From assembly GCA_021162545.1 (NCBI GenBank), contig JAGGYM010000011.1, positions 1 to 62,192 on the forward strand: 62,192 bases of DNA. The letters run 5' to 3'. The position numbers and the translations under genes were made by a program. The notes beneath the pieces were generated by a model, which did no database searches, was not told the origin of the DNA, and saw only the letters and a list, made by a program, of their open reading frames with translations. Of this stretch, positions 1 to 10,192 are shown in pieces. Source of the DNA: Dehalococcoidia bacterium. GTDB taxonomy: Bacteria > Chloroflexota > Dehalococcoidia > GIF9 > AB-539-J10. The first letter of the stretch is position 1, and each line of letters opens with the position of its first letter.

Positions 1-546
1 ATTTAAGCCCACGACTCCCCCTCCGACAATGACAACATTGCCGGGCCGGGTTCCTGGCACTCCTCCAAGCAAAACGCCTCTCCCGCCATTCCTTGTCTCC
101 AGATAGTAAGAGCCAATTTGAATGGACATCTTCCCGGCGATCTCACTCATGGGAGTCAATAGCGGCAGGGCACCATTCTCCAGCTGAACTGTTTCATAAG
201 CGATTCCTATGACTTTCTTCCTCAGCAATGCGCTGGTAAGCTCCGGTGCCGGCGCTAGGTGGAGATAGGTAAACAATATCTGGCCCTCACGCAGCAAGTC
301 ATATTCTTGCGGGAGAGGTTCCTTCACCTTCACTATCAGTTCGGCTTCACTAAAAACGTCTGCGGCTCGCTCCCTGATTTTTGCTCCCACCTCGAGGTAA
401 TCTTCATCAAATATGCCTATTTTTTCCCCGGCGGATTTTTCCACAATCACCTCGTGGCCTCTTTCCGTCAGTGACCTGACTCCTGCAGGGACCAGTGCCA
501 CCCTGGTTTCATTGTTTTTTATCTCTCGCGGGACACCGATAATCAT
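1..546 (-). CDS. ald: alanine dehydrogenase, N-terminal 182 codons (gene continues beyond the window start)
   Basis: Not in the ORF track because it runs off the window. Manual minus-strand translation from ATG 546 gives MIIGVPREIKNNETRVALVPAGV...GGRGVLLGGVPGTRPGNVVIVGGGVVG (AlaDH N-domain plus Rossmann GxGxxG). AGGAGG lies about 5 nt upstream. Confidence 0.85.
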   Translation of the reverse strand, partial: MIIGVPREIKNNETRVALVPAGVRSLTERGHEVIVEKSAGEKIGIFDEDYLEVGAKIRERAADVFSEAELIVKVKEPLPQEYDLLREGQILFTYLHLAPAPELTSALLRKKVIGIAYETVQLENGALPLLTPMSEIAGKMSIQIGSYYLETRNGGRGVLLGGVPGTRPGNVVIVGGGVVGLN

Positions 547-901
547 CTGTTCCTCCTTTGCCCTGCTGGTACAGGCTTCAACTGAGAACTCTCTCGTCCT
601 TCACTTCGTTGGAGCAGCCTCGCTGGCAATTCCTTTTACAATCTCTGCATAAATTATCGCCTGCAGGAACATTTTCTGTCAATAAAGAGCACTTTTTTTA
701 CGAAAACAGTAACAAAAAAGGTGCATTACCTGTCTGCCCTGCACCAATAGCTGAAACTCTTGCGTTCCGGAGGGATGCAGGCTCAAAATTCAACGAATTT
801 GCCCTGAATTAGAGCAGTATGGAGCACTCCTTTCACCGGTAGCCAGGCTTTAAGGCAAAGAATAAAGCGATATATGCTAAAATTACTTCGGGAGAAAGCG
901 A

Positions 902-1372
902 ATGCAAACCAGGATTGACCGTAAAATCATACAGGAGTTGCAAAAAGACGGCAGGAAAAAGTATACCGATATTGCCGGGATGCTGGGAGTATCAGAGGGC
1001 ACCATACGAAACAGGGTCAAGGTATTGCTGAAGCAGGGCACCCTAAAGGTGACGGCGGTCGTAAATCCTCAGGAGCTCGGCTATACCTTCATCAGCATTA
1101 TAGGAATGCAGGTAAGAATAAATGATTTGCAGCGGGTCGGTGAGACGCTGACGCAGAACCCACACGTGTACTATGCGGCTTTTGTTTCCGGTCGCTATGA
1201 CATATTGATCATAGTTATGAACCGTACGCCCGGGGAGCTCTCGGATTTCATCAAGTACCTCTCCGCCATTCCGAGCATCGTCAGAACCGAGACTTTCCAG
1301 AATCTGGAGGTTATCAAGAGCCCCTGGATGGAGCCGGGATTATCGTTCTATCCACAGGGGAATCAGGAATAG
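902..1372 (+). CDS. Lrp/AsnC family transcriptional regulator
   Basis: 156 aa with an N-terminal wHTH (KYTDIAGMLGVSEGTIRNRVKVL) and an AsnC-type C-terminal domain. It is divergent from ald, the classic ald/Lrp-type regulator pairing. Confidence 0.85.
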   Translation: MQTRIDRKIIQELQKDGRKKYTDIAGMLGVSEGTIRNRVKVLLKQGTLKVTAVVNPQELGYTFISIIGMQVRINDLQRVGETLTQNPHVYYAAFVSGRYDILIIVMNRTPGELSDFIKYLSAIPSIVRTETFQNLEVIKSPWMEPGLSFYPQGNQE

Positions 1373-1465
1373 CCGGAGAATACAGTCTATTTGATTAAGC
1401 CAACCTCCCTGGAAACAGCTGCCCTGGCAGAGGCTTCCTTTGACCAACCGGACGCCTTCCGCTGC

Positions 1466-1494
1466 TTGCCAAAAGGTTCAGGCAATACTACAAT
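1466..1494 (+). promoter_or_regulatory. candidate sigma70-type promoter for the 1530 ORF/pdxS
   Basis: TTGCCA (1466-1471), 17 nt spacer, TACAAT (1489-1494). A GGTAGGAG SD follows before ATG 1530. Confidence 0.3.
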
Positions 1495-1529
1495 TAAAGT
1501 GACAAACAGGTAGGAGCTAAAGAGAAATT

Positions 1530-1973
1530 ATGTGGGAGACAAAGGTGCAGGGAAGCAGGGATGCTTTTGTACTTTTGAGCAAGCTGTCTTACAAGAAGTT
1601 TGGCGCAGAGGTGTTATCTCTCATTGAAGAGGCATCTTATAAGCTGGGTGCTGCTGATGGTGAAAAACTTGCTAAGGAGAAAAACGCAGCCTATGGAGAA
1701 CTCAAGGCAACCATGGAAGCCTTCTTAACCAGGCTGGAGAAAGCAAAACTTTCAGTTGAGGCGAGTGAGTTGCCTGGCGGGAGCTGGAGGATTAGAGGCT
1801 ACAAGTGCCCACTGGGCCTGGAAAACACGACCAGGGAGTTGTGCCAGGCTATGATGGCGTCGGATCGGGGCATGTTTGAAAGAGCTTCTGGGAAGAAGAT
1901 AAGCCTCAAGATAGTGAAAACTGTGGCTGAGGGTGATCCATACTGTGAAGCTATTTGGTCTATAGAGGAGTAA
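1530..1973 (+). CDS. hypothetical protein, ATC-hydrolase-like/V4R-like Cys-containing small protein
   Basis: 147 aa with a good SD. The C-terminal pattern CPLG..ELCQAMMASDRGMF..GDPYCEAIW resembles, from memory, the L-2-amino-thiazoline-4-carboxylic acid hydrolase-like family. The family assignment is tentative. Confidence 0.45.
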   Translation: MWETKVQGSRDAFVLLSKLSYKKFGAEVLSLIEEASYKLGAADGEKLAKEKNAAYGELKATMEAFLTRLEKAKLSVEASELPGGSWRIRGYKCPLGLENTTRELCQAMMASDRGMFERASGKKISLKIVKTVAEGDPYCEAIWSIEE

Positions 1974-1982
1974 AACAGGAGG

Positions 1983-2873
1983 TTGAATATAATGAATAAA
2001 GGAACATGGACTACCAAAACAGGGCTGGCCCGGTCGTTGAAGGGAGGAGTGATTATGGACGTGACCACTCCAGAGCAGGCGAAGATAGCTGAAGATGCCG
2101 GGGCGTGCGCAGTCATGGCGCTGGAAAGGGTTCCGGCGGATATTCGTGCCGACGGAGGGGTTGCCCGTATGGCCGATCCCAATATCATCCTTGCTATACG
2201 AAAAGCAGTGAGCATACCGGTGATGGCAAAATGCCGTATCGGGCACTTCGCTGAGGCGCAGGTGCTCGAGGCCCTGGAGGTGGACTTCATCGACGAATCC
2301 GAGGTGCTCACTCCTGCCGATGAGAGCCACCATATCTGGAAGCACAATTTTAAGGTTCCCTTCGTCTGCGGCTGTCGCGACCTGGGAGAGGCATTGCGTC
2401 GCATCGCGGAGGGGGCAGCCATGATCCGGACGAAGGGAGAAGCAGGAACGGGCAACATCGTCGAGGCCGTGAGGCACATGCGGGCGGTGCAGGGAGAAAT
2501 TCATCGTCTCTGGGCAACGCCCGTGGATGAACTGATAACCGAGGCGAAACGAATTGGTGCTCCCATAGAGCTGGTCAAACAGGTACACGACGCGGGAGGA
2601 TTAATGGTGGTTAACTTCGCAGCCGGGGGAATAGCCACGCCCGCCGATGCTGCTCTGATGATGCAACTGGGAGCTGAGGGCGTATTTGTCGGCTCGGGCA
2701 TTTTCAAATCGAGTGACCCTCAGAACATGGCAAAAGCTATCGTCGAAGCGGTTACTCACTACCAGGACCCATCCATCGTTGCTGAATCATCCCGAGGACT
2801 GGGCTCGGCCATGCCAGGGCTGGAAATCAGCTCCATCCCCCGGGAAGAATTGCTGGCCGCCAGGGGAGAATAG
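1983..2873 (+). CDS. pdxS: pyridoxal 5'-phosphate synthase, lyase subunit PdxS
   Basis: 296 aa with strongly conserved PdxS sequence ([35 protein letters not shown]...). The true start may be the ATG at 1992. Confidence 0.95.
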   Translation: MNIMNKGTWTTKTGLARSLKGGVIMDVTTPEQAKIAEDAGACAVMALERVPADIRADGGVARMADPNIILAIRKAVSIPVMAKCRIGHFAEAQVLEALEVDFIDESEVLTPADESHHIWKHNFKVPFVCGCRDLGEALRRIAEGAAMIRTKGEAGTGNIVEAVRHMRAVQGEIHRLWATPVDELITEAKRIGAPIELVKQVHDAGGLMVVNFAAGGIATPADAALMMQLGAEGVFVGSGIFKSSDPQNMAKAIVEAVTHYQDPSIVAESSRGLGSAMPGLEISSIPREELLAARGE

Positions 2874-2887
2874 CAAGAGCATTCAGA

Positions 2888-4306
2888 ATGCAGAAGGTGA
2901 CTACTGACGAGTTAGTTGCTCTGCTCGACGTCCTGCCGCCACATGTTCGAGAGTCCCTCTACCTCCAAACTGATTGCGGCGAGCTGCTCGAAGTCGTTCT
3001 GGATCTGGGTCGCCTTCCCGAAGCCCGTTTCCCTCTCCGTGAGATGGTGCTGGGTTCCCAGGAGGTGAATCAGGCCGATATAGATTACGTCGTCTCTCGT
3101 GTTGGCGAGTTTTCCGGAGATAATCGCGCCGGGCTGGAGCGCACGCTTCATCGCATCTCGGCCATGCGCAGCAGGAGCGGGCGCATAATCGGCCTGACCT
3201 GCCGGGTAGGCAGGGCTATATTTGGCACGGTGAACATAATCAAGGACCTCATTGAGCCAGGGAAAAGCGTCTTGCTGCTGGGGAAGCCAGGGATAGGTAA
3301 AACAACCATGCTGCGAGAGGTTACCCGCGTCCTGGCGGATGACTACGGAAAGCGCGTTGTCGTTATCGATACTTCCAATGAAATAGCCGGCGATGGCGAT
3401 ATTCCTCACCCCAGCATCGGGCGTGCCCGCAGAATGCAGGTGTCCCACCCGAGCATGCAGCATAAGGTAATGATCGAGGCGGTGGAGAATCATATGCCCG
3501 AGGTCATCATCATAGATGAAATCGGGACCGAGCTTGAGGCACAGGCGGCAAGGACCATCGCCGAGCGCGGCGTGCAACTGATAGGCACAGCTCATGGGAA
3601 CACCCTGGAGAACTTGATCATGAATCCCACCCTCTCTGACCTGGTGGGGGGCATTCAGACGGTAGTACTGGGAGATGAGGAGGCACAGCGGCGCCACACA
3701 CAGAAATCAGTACTGGAGCGCAAAGCACCTCCCACCTTCGACGTGGTGGTTGAGATTCTGGCTTATTACAGGGTAGCAGTTCATCCCAACGTCAGCCAAT
3801 CTGTGGATGACATCCTGCACCTGGAACCCCTGTCGCCTGAAGTTCGCTGGATGGATGCCTCCGGAGAAATGCACAAAGAGGTTAAGGAGAGGGGAGCCGA
3901 CGCCAGTTCCCCTGCCGGTGATAACGACAGGAAAGGAGATGCTCTGCGATTCTATCTCTTCGGTGTCAACCGCTTCCGCCTGGAACAGGCTGCCCGGGAG
4001 GGGCAAAAGAATTTGATAGTTGTCAATGAAATTAAAGAGGCTGATATCCTCCTCACTACGATAAGCTTTTATCGCCGTAAGGCACAGAAAATAAGGGATG
4101 CCGAGAGCCGGGGCATCCCTGTTTATGCTCTCAAGAACAACAACATCACTCAAATAAGGCGTGGACTCGATATCATTTATCCCTATCCCCCCGACGACTC
4201 CGTCACTTCGTATATTCCCTCTCTGCAACGACTACTGGCCGAACGTCGCGGGGCCGATGCAGCAGGCGGCGAGAAGATGAAGCCTGCCAGCGACAATGGA
4301 GAATAA
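2888..4306 (+). CDS. AAA+ ATPase of the SpoIIIAA/Ycf45-like family
   Basis: 472 aa with Walker A GKPGIGKTTMLRE and Walker B VIIIDEIG. The overall layout resembles SpoIIIAA/ycf45 (R3H-type) ATPases. Confidence 0.6.
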   Translation: MQKVTTDELVALLDVLPPHVRESLYLQTDCGELLEVVLDLGRLPEARFPLREMVLGSQEVNQADIDYVVSRVGEFSGDNRAGLERTLHRISAMRSRSGRIIGLTCRVGRAIFGTVNIIKDLIEPGKSVLLLGKPGIGKTTMLREVTRVLADDYGKRVVVIDTSNEIAGDGDIPHPSIGRARRMQVSHPSMQHKVMIEAVENHMPEVIIIDEIGTELEAQAARTIAERGVQLIGTAHGNTLENLIMNPTLSDLVGGIQTVVLGDEEAQRRHTQKSVLERKAPPTFDVVVEILAYYRVAVHPNVSQSVDDILHLEPLSPEVRWMDASGEMHKEVKERGADASSPAGDNDRKGDALRFYLFGVNRFRLEQAAREGQKNLIVVNEIKEADILLTTISFYRRKAQKIRDAESRGIPVYALKNNNITQIRRGLDIIYPYPPDDSVTSYIPSLQRLLAERRGADAAGGEKMKPASDNGE

Positions 4307-4320
4307 GACAGAGGTGAACC

Positions 4321-4938
4321 TTGAGTTTATTCATTACTTTTGAAGGCGGTGAAGGGTGCGGCAAGAGCACTCAGGCAAGGATATTGTGGAAGAAATTATG
4401 CCAGCAGGGCGTGCCGTCGCTGCTGGTACGCGAGCCAGGAAGCACCGCGTTGGGCAATGGCATAAGGAGACTGTTGAAAAAACGGGATGGCTGCTCCATT
4501 TCGCCCGAAGCTGAGCTGTTTCTTTTTGTGGCATCCCGCGCTCAACTGGTATCCGAGGTGATTCATCCTGCCCTTGAAGAGAGCAAAGTAGTTATCTGCG
4601 ACCGCTTTTCTCATTCTACACTTGTCTATCAGGGTTACGGCAGGAAACTCGACCTCCCCGAAGTGAAGGCGATCAACGAACTGGCGACGCAGAAGCTCCA
4701 TCCAGACCTGGTTATCCTCCTCGACATCCCCCCGGAGCAGGGGCTGGCACGGAAGCAAGGAGCAGGAGACCGCTTCGAGGCAGAGGATATGCCCTTTCAC
4801 CAGAGGGTGAGAGAGGGATATCTCAGAGCCATGGAGTCCGAGCCCAGCCGCCAGCTGTTTATAAATGGCGCCCTGCCCAGAGCGCAAATCAGCAAAATTA
4901 TCTGGCTCAAGGTAAAACAGCTGTTGCCTCCCGGGTGA
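4321..4938 (+). CDS. tmk: thymidylate kinase
   Basis: 205 aa with a TTG start after GAGGTG. P-loop FITFEGGEGCGKST and LVREPG/DRF motifs are present. Confidence 0.9.
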   Translation: MSLFITFEGGEGCGKSTQARILWKKLCQQGVPSLLVREPGSTALGNGIRRLLKKRDGCSISPEAELFLFVASRAQLVSEVIHPALEESKVVICDRFSHSTLVYQGYGRKLDLPEVKAINELATQKLHPDLVILLDIPPEQGLARKQGAGDRFEAEDMPFHQRVREGYLRAMESEPSRQLFINGALPRAQISKIIWLKVKQLLPPG

Positions 4939-4969
4939 AAGGGATTTTCTGGCGCCATGCGGGACATCC

Positions 4970-6094
4970 ATGAAGGGAGAGAAAGTAGCTGTAGCGTTGA
5001 GCGGAGGTGTAGATTCCTCTGTAGCTGCTCTGCTGCTCAGGGAGAAGGGCCATGAAATCCTGGGGATATATATGCGCCTGGGGGATGCTCCTGCCTCCGA
5101 GCTCCAGGAGCATCAGGCCAAACAGGTCTGCCACACTTTGCAAATCCCCTTCCAGGTAATCGATTTACAGAGGGAATTCGAGAGCCACGTCATCGATTAT
5201 TTTTGTCAGGAGTATCACCGGGGGCGTACCCCTAATCCCTGTGTCGCCTGTAACCTGCACATAAAGTTTGGCCTCTTGCTGGAGGCAACCCTCTCCCGTG
5301 GTTTTGCTTATCTGGCTACGGGGCACTATGCCCGTGTCGAGTGGAGGGAAGGCAGTCCTCACTTGCTCAAAGGAACAGACGCCGCCAGGGATCAGTCCTA
5401 TTTCCTCTATACCCTGACACAGGATAGATTGAGACACGTGCTTTTTCCTCTGGGAGGTCTTGGCAAAACCGAAGTTCGCAGTATCGCCGAGAGAGAGAAT
5501 TTATCTCTGGATAACAGGCCCAGCCAGGATATTTGCTTTATCTCCCGGAGGAACTACCGTAGCTTCCTCGCCCAGCGCTTCGCCGGCATTCCCGGGGATA
5601 TTGTGGATGGCCAGGGGCAAATCATGGGACGCCACCAGGGAATATCTTCCTGCACCGTCGGACAGAGACATGGCCTGGGGATATCCGGAGGAGAGCCCCT
5701 TTACGTCTTGAGCATCCAGCCAGAGTACAACAGAGTCGTGCTGGGGAGAGAACGGGAGCTCTATAAAAGAAACCTCGTGGTGAAGGACTTGAGATGGATA
5801 TCAGGCAAGCTTCCGTGCAAACCCCTTACCGTTGCTTGCCGGATGCGCTACAGAGCGAAAGAAGTGGAGGCAGTGCTGTCTCCTGCACCCGACTATAAGC
5901 CAGTAAGGGATGGGAAAAAAACACCGTCAGAGGACACCTTCACCGTCACTTTTTCTCATCCCCAGAGGGCGGTCGCGCCGGGACAATCCATTGTATTCTA
6001 CAGGGACGAGGAAGTGCTGGGAGGGGGCATCATAGAGAGCTCAATGCCCTGGAATGAAGAGGAGGAAGGTGTCACAGCCACCGAACCGGAGTAA
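4970..6094 (+). CDS. mnmA: tRNA 2-thiouridine(34) synthase
   Basis: 374 aa with PP-loop VAVALSGGVDSSVAA and TPNPCVACN, typical MnmA sequence. Confidence 0.9.
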   Translation: MKGEKVAVALSGGVDSSVAALLLREKGHEILGIYMRLGDAPASELQEHQAKQVCHTLQIPFQVIDLQREFESHVIDYFCQEYHRGRTPNPCVACNLHIKFGLLLEATLSRGFAYLATGHYARVEWREGSPHLLKGTDAARDQSYFLYTLTQDRLRHVLFPLGGLGKTEVRSIAERENLSLDNRPSQDICFISRRNYRSFLAQRFAGIPGDIVDGQGQIMGRHQGISSCTVGQRHGLGISGGEPLYVLSIQPEYNRVVLGRERELYKRNLVVKDLRWISGKLPCKPLTVACRMRYRAKEVEAVLSPAPDYKPVRDGKKTPSEDTFTVTFSHPQRAVAPGQSIVFYRDEEVLGGGIIESSMPWNEEEEGVTATEPE

Positions 6095-6722
6095 CGAAGA
6101 CGAGCTCTGCCAGCAGGGCTATCGCTGCATTGCCGGCATCGATGAAGCCGGCAGGGGGCCTCTCGCCGGCCCTGTAGTGGCCAGCGCTGTTATCTTGCCC
6201 CGGGAAAATTTTCCCTGGTTCGAAATGGTTCGTGATAGCAAGCAATTGAGCCCCGGGAAACGGGAGTTGCTTTTTGATCTGATCAAGAGGGATTCTGTCG
6301 CTATGAGCGTGGGAATTATTTCCCATGAGGTAATTGATGCAATGAACATACTGGAGGCGACCATGATGGCTATGGTGCAGGCCGTGGAGAAACTGCCCCT
6401 GCGCCCGCAGTTTCTTCTTATCGACGGCCCGGCCTCGCCGCGATATTCCATCCCGCAAAGGAAGATAATTAAAGGAGACAGGAAGTGCCTCTCCATCGCC
6501 TGCGCTTCCATCGTTGCCAAAGTTACCAGAGACCATATCATGAAGGAGTTGGATGAGATTTATCCCGGCTACGGCTTCGCCAGGCACAAGGGCTATGGAA
6601 CGAGGGAACATATTTGCCGTCTGAATTGGTGGGGACCATCGCCAATTCACCGCCTTTCTTTCGCTCCTGTCAGGAGCGCAATCGCCGCCCACGGGGATGT
6701 CAACCTCCAGGGGAAAAAATGA
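6054..6722 (+). CDS. rnhB: ribonuclease HII
   Basis: 222 aa with IAGIDEAGRGPLAGPVVASAV and DSKQL motifs. It overlaps the mnmA 3' end by 41 nt, so the start is somewhat uncertain. Confidence 0.9.
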   Translation: MKRRKVSQPPNRSNEDELCQQGYRCIAGIDEAGRGPLAGPVVASAVILPRENFPWFEMVRDSKQLSPGKRELLFDLIKRDSVAMSVGIISHEVIDAMNILEATMMAMVQAVEKLPLRPQFLLIDGPASPRYSIPQRKIIKGDRKCLSIACASIVAKVTRDHIMKELDEIYPGYGFARHKGYGTREHICRLNWWGPSPIHRLSFAPVRSAIAAHGDVNLQGKK

Positions 6723-7087
6723 ACCGACAGCAGCTTGGCAGGCTCGGAGAGAAGCTGGCCCGGGAATTTCTGGAGAAAAGGGGCTACCGTACTCTGGAGA
6801 CCGGATTCCGCTGCCAGAGCGGCGAAATCGACATCGTTGCCCGGAAGAAGGACTGTCTCGTTTTCGTCGAGGTTCGCACCAGGAGCAATCTGGAGTTCGG
6901 CACACCCGAGGAGTCAATAAACAAAAGAAAGAAGCAAAAGCTCATTGCCACCGCTATGAATTACATCAACTCCCACCACGACCTGCCGGCGTCGTGGCGC
7001 ATAGACGTTGTCGCGATAGAGACAAATCCAGGAGGCAAAGTCAGGCGCCTCGACCTCATTGAGAATGCCATCGGGCAGGAAGAATGA
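6719..7087 (+). CDS. yraN: YraN family (UPF0102) endonuclease-like protein
   Basis: Start trimmed to ATG 6719, which overlaps the rnhB stop (ATGA). The product begins MNRQQLGRLGEKLAREFLEKRGY...GEIDIVA...VFVEVRTR. Confidence 0.85.
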   Translation: MNRQQLGRLGEKLAREFLEKRGYRTLETGFRCQSGEIDIVARKKDCLVFVEVRTRSNLEFGTPEESINKRKKQKLIATAMNYINSHHDLPASWRIDVVAIETNPGGKVRRLDLIENAIGQEE

Positions 7088-7089
7088 GT

Positions 7090-7596
7090 TTAGCGCTTGG
7101 TGTATTGTGGAGCCCTGCGAGCACCCCTTAATCCGTATTTCTTGCGCTCCACGATTCGGGAATCTCTGGTTAGCAGCTTCTCTCCGCGCAGTGCCGGTTT
7201 GAACAGCTCATTTTCTTTGGACAGGACTCGCGCAATCCCAAGGCATATCGCTCCCGCCTGGCCACTCATGCCACCACCCTTTACCTTTACCGTTATGTGA
7301 TACTTATCCAGTGAATTGATAGCTACCAGCGGAGATTCAACCGTTTGCTGATATTTGAGGCGAGGAAAGAATTCCCTGAAGGGCTTGTCGTTGATAAGAA
7401 TATCTCCATTCCCCGGTGTGAGCCGCACCTGCGCTATAGCGCTCTTGCGCCTGCCCGTCGCCCAGATATACTGAACCCGTTTCGCTTCCCCCCTGCGCCG
7501 CGTGGTACTTGAAGTTGCAGGATGGACAACAGGTTGAGCTGGCTCGAAAGCTTCCTGGTTTGGTTCAGCCTCGTTGATTGTTTCTTCGCTCATCAA
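7090..7596 (-). CDS. rpsI: 30S ribosomal protein S9 (with N-terminal extension)
   Basis: 168 aa, C-terminal ...KKYGLRGARRAPQYTKR. There is a 4-nt overlap with rplM. Confidence 0.95.
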   Translation of the reverse strand: MMSEETINEAEPNQEAFEPAQPVVHPATSSTTRRRGEAKRVQYIWATGRRKSAIAQVRLTPGNGDILINDKPFREFFPRLKYQQTVESPLVAINSLDKYHITVKVKGGGMSGQAGAICLGIARVLSKENELFKPALRGEKLLTRDSRIVERKKYGLRGARRAPQYTKR

Positions 7597-8021
7597 TTAT
7601 CACCTTTCTCCTTTACCTGAGCCTGATGGAGATGCTCGCTGCCGGAATAGACCCTGAGCTTTTTGAACATAGCTTCACCCCGGCTGTTCTTGGGAAGCAT
7701 CCCCCTCACCGCGTGTTCCAGCACATACCTGGGAGACCGGGCAAAAGCTTCTTTGTAAACAGTGCTTCTCAAGCCTCCGGGATAACCAGAGTGCCTGTAA
7801 TAAACTTTCTGCTCAGCCTTCCGTCCCGTTACCCTTATCTTGCCGGCATTGACCACCACAACATAATCTCCCACATCAAGATGGGGAGCATAAATCGGCT
7901 TGTGTTTACCCATAAGCAAGGTAGCAATCTCTGAGGCCAATCTCCCCAACTTCCTATCCCTGGCATCGACAACATGCCACTCCCTTTTAATATCCCCTGC
8001 CTTGGTGCTGTAAGTTTTCAT
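7593..8021 (-). CDS. rplM: 50S ribosomal protein L13
   Basis: 142 aa, MKTYSTKAGDIKREWHVVDA..., typical uL13. Confidence 0.95.
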   Translation of the reverse strand: MKTYSTKAGDIKREWHVVDARDRKLGRLASEIATLLMGKHKPIYAPHLDVGDYVVVVNAGKIRVTGRKAEQKVYYRHSGYPGGLRSTVYKEAFARSPRYVLEHAVRGMLPKNSRGEAMFKKLRVYSGSEHLHQAQVKEKGDN

Positions 8022-8854
8022 CTAAATTCCTCATAGCTGCAACCCTGATCATCATGAAGCTGCAGGCCTTTGTTATTGAGAACGGAGGCGGAGGGCTCAT
8101 GGTAGCATAACTCCGCAGGGTAATTGACTTTTGTGAGACATAATCCATGGCCGGGAGCTCTGGGACCAGCCTGCCCCTGCTTCCTTGCCTCCACAACGCT
8201 CCGAAACTCTTCGCAGCTTATCTTTCCCTGTCCCAGATGGAGCAAGAACCCCATAGTATTGCGCACCTGGTGACGCAGGAAAGAATTAGCTATCATACAG
8301 AAAACGACCAGTTTTCCTTCTCTACTAACCTTTGCTTCATATACATGGCGCACAGTTCCTCCCTCATCAGGAGAACTGGTAAAAGACGCGAAATCATGTT
8401 CCCCTTTGATAAACTGGCACGCCTCGTTCATCGCCTCTATATTCAGCGCCGTGGGCATCAACAGGGCAAATTTCCGACCGAAGGGCGTCCTGGTATCGCT
8501 GTTGAGAATGTAGTAATGATATATACGGCTCACGGCGTCGCGCCGAACGTTGAAGCTGCTCTCTGCTTTGCCTGCAGCTTTTACGGCGATATCTGCCGGC
8601 AGGTAATAGTTCAGTGCTTTGACCATCGTCGAAGGTGGTATCTCCGGTCTGGACCAGAAACTCACTACCTGTCCCCGGGCATGCACGCCAGCATCAGTCC
8701 TGCTGGCTGCCATAACACGACTGCCCCCACCACAGAATTTCTTCACAGCCTGCTCCATCTCATCCTGAATGGTGGGCAACCCAGACTGCCACTGAAAGCC
8801 ATGATACCGCGTGCCATCATATTCTACAAGCAGAACATATTTGCTGGAATCCAC
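8018..8854 (-). CDS. truA: tRNA pseudouridine(38-40) synthase
   Basis: 278 aa with VEYDGTRYHGFQWQ and the catalytic RTDAGVHA motif. Confidence 0.9.
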   Translation of the reverse strand: MDSSKYVLLVEYDGTRYHGFQWQSGLPTIQDEMEQAVKKFCGGGSRVMAASRTDAGVHARGQVVSFWSRPEIPPSTMVKALNYYLPADIAVKAAGKAESSFNVRRDAVSRIYHYYILNSDTRTPFGRKFALLMPTALNIEAMNEACQFIKGEHDFASFTSSPDEGGTVRHVYEAKVSREGKLVVFCMIANSFLRHQVRNTMGFLLHLGQGKISCEEFRSVVEARKQGQAGPRAPGHGLCLTKVNYPAELCYHEPSASVLNNKGLQLHDDQGCSYEEFR

Positions 8855-9207
8855 TATTTAACCAGTTCGACTTGAATCATGGGAGCATTGTCACCCTGGC
8901 GTGGCCCCAGCTTTACCAACCTGGTGTAACCACCAGAGCGATTGGCATATGTCGTGGCGAGCTCATCGAACACCTTGCTGATCACTTTCTTGTCGGTGAC
9001 GAAGGCGGCAACGCGCCTCCGCGAGGCAAGGCTGCCTTCTTTCCCCAGGGTAATTATTTTCTCTGCCATACCACGCATTTCTTTGGCTTTAGCCTCTGTA
9101 GTGACTATTTTTTCGTAATTCAGAAAAGAAGTAACCAGATTTCGGTACAGCGCCAAACGGTGCTCTGTCGATCTGCCCAACTTCCTGCCATCTACTCGGT
9201 GTCTCAT
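8854..9207 (-). CDS. rplQ: 50S ribosomal protein L17
   Basis: 117 aa, [20 protein letters not shown].... Confidence 0.95.
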   Translation of the reverse strand: MRHRVDGRKLGRSTEHRLALYRNLVTSFLNYEKIVTTEAKAKEMRGMAEKIITLGKEGSLASRRRVAAFVTDKKVISKVFDELATTYANRSGGYTRLVKLGPRQGDNAPMIQVELVK

Positions 9208-9211
9208 AAGA

Positions 9212-10189
9212 CTATTCTACCTGTCCCTCCTCTGGTTGTAACGGTGAAACGGATATCCCCCCTTCCTCCTCCTGGAAAGCGACAGGGACTCTTAAATTGG
9301 CCAGCAGCTGCTCTACTTCTTCTCTGGATTTAGCCCCCAGTCCCGGTAGGGCAGGCACCCCCCCTGCGCTCCTCTCCAACAGATGCGCCAGCGTATCGAT
9401 GCCCGCTCTCTTGAGACTATTGTAAGGGCGGACAGACAAGTTTAATTCTTCCAGGGGAATCTTACTATATTTCTCCAGCGATATGCCCTGAGCTTCTCCC
9501 TGTGCTCCTGCAGAAGACAGACCTTTGAAAGAGGAGAACTGGGCAAGCAGGATATTGGCGCTCTGGCTGACAACTTCCTCAGGAGCAAGGGTGCCATCTG
9601 TCCAGACTTCCATGTTGAGCCTCTCCTGGCTCCCTTCCTGTCCAGGCCTGATGGAATCTATCGAGAAGTTGACCTTGCGCACGGGACTGAAGATGGCATC
9701 CATTGGCAGTGCTCCTTCAGGTAAACCGTTGGGGGATTTAGCCTGCACATAACCTTTTCCCATCTCCACGTTGAACTCAACGTAGAGCTTGCCTTCGGGA
9801 GAATCCACTGTAGCCAGGTAAAGCTCTGGGTTGGCAATCCTGAAGTCGGCTGATGGCTTGATATCAGCAGCCTGGACAACGCCCTCTCCCGAGACTTCCA
9901 GGAAGAGTTTCCCTGCTTGATGGGACAGGGGCTGTATTCTTAGCATCTTGACATTCATCATGAACTCTATCACGTCCTCTTTGACGTAAGGGATAGGTGA
10001 GAATTCATGTGCTACGCCATCAATTTTCATCCACGTAACGGATGCACCCGGGATGGAACTGAGCAATGTGCGCCGAAGGGCATTGCCTATGGTGACGCCA
10101 AAACCCGGTTCCAGGGGCTCAACCACAAAACGGGCAAAACTGCCAGCACTTTCAATTACGCTTATATTAAGCTTATACGATTCAAACAT
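9212..10189 (-). CDS. rpoA: DNA-directed RNA polymerase subunit alpha
   Basis: 325 aa with [14 protein letters not shown] and the C-terminal LELSVRPYN-type CTD. Confidence 0.95.
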   Translation of the reverse strand: MFESYKLNISVIESAGSFARFVVEPLEPGFGVTIGNALRRTLLSSIPGASVTWMKIDGVAHEFSPIPYVKEDVIEFMMNVKMLRIQPLSHQAGKLFLEVSGEGVVQAADIKPSADFRIANPELYLATVDSPEGKLYVEFNVEMGKGYVQAKSPNGLPEGALPMDAIFSPVRKVNFSIDSIRPGQEGSQERLNMEVWTDGTLAPEEVVSQSANILLAQFSSFKGLSSAGAQGEAQGISLEKYSKIPLEELNLSVRPYNSLKRAGIDTLAHLLERSAGGVPALPGLGAKSREEVEQLLANLRVPVAFQEEEGGISVSPLQPEEGQVE

Positions 10190-10192
10190 TTT

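Noticed and set aside
1752-2588. Long antisense ORFs opposite well-supported genes: 1752-2588, 6072-6917, 8147-8875, 15187-15924, 28197-28967, 31565-32509, 43474-44184 and 45145-45888.
   Set aside because: Each lies entirely opposite a gene with an unambiguous conserved product (pdxS, rnhB/yraN, truA, rpsE, panB, dnaN/def, cvpA/trxA, the J-domain protein). Their translations are low-complexity and Arg/Ser/Pro-rich, with no recognisable motifs or SDs. They are shadow ORFs typical of moderately GC-rich DNA.
1983-2873. pdxS without an adjacent pdxT glutaminase gene.
   Set aside because: pdxS and pdxT are often unlinked, and absence from this window says nothing about absence from the genome.
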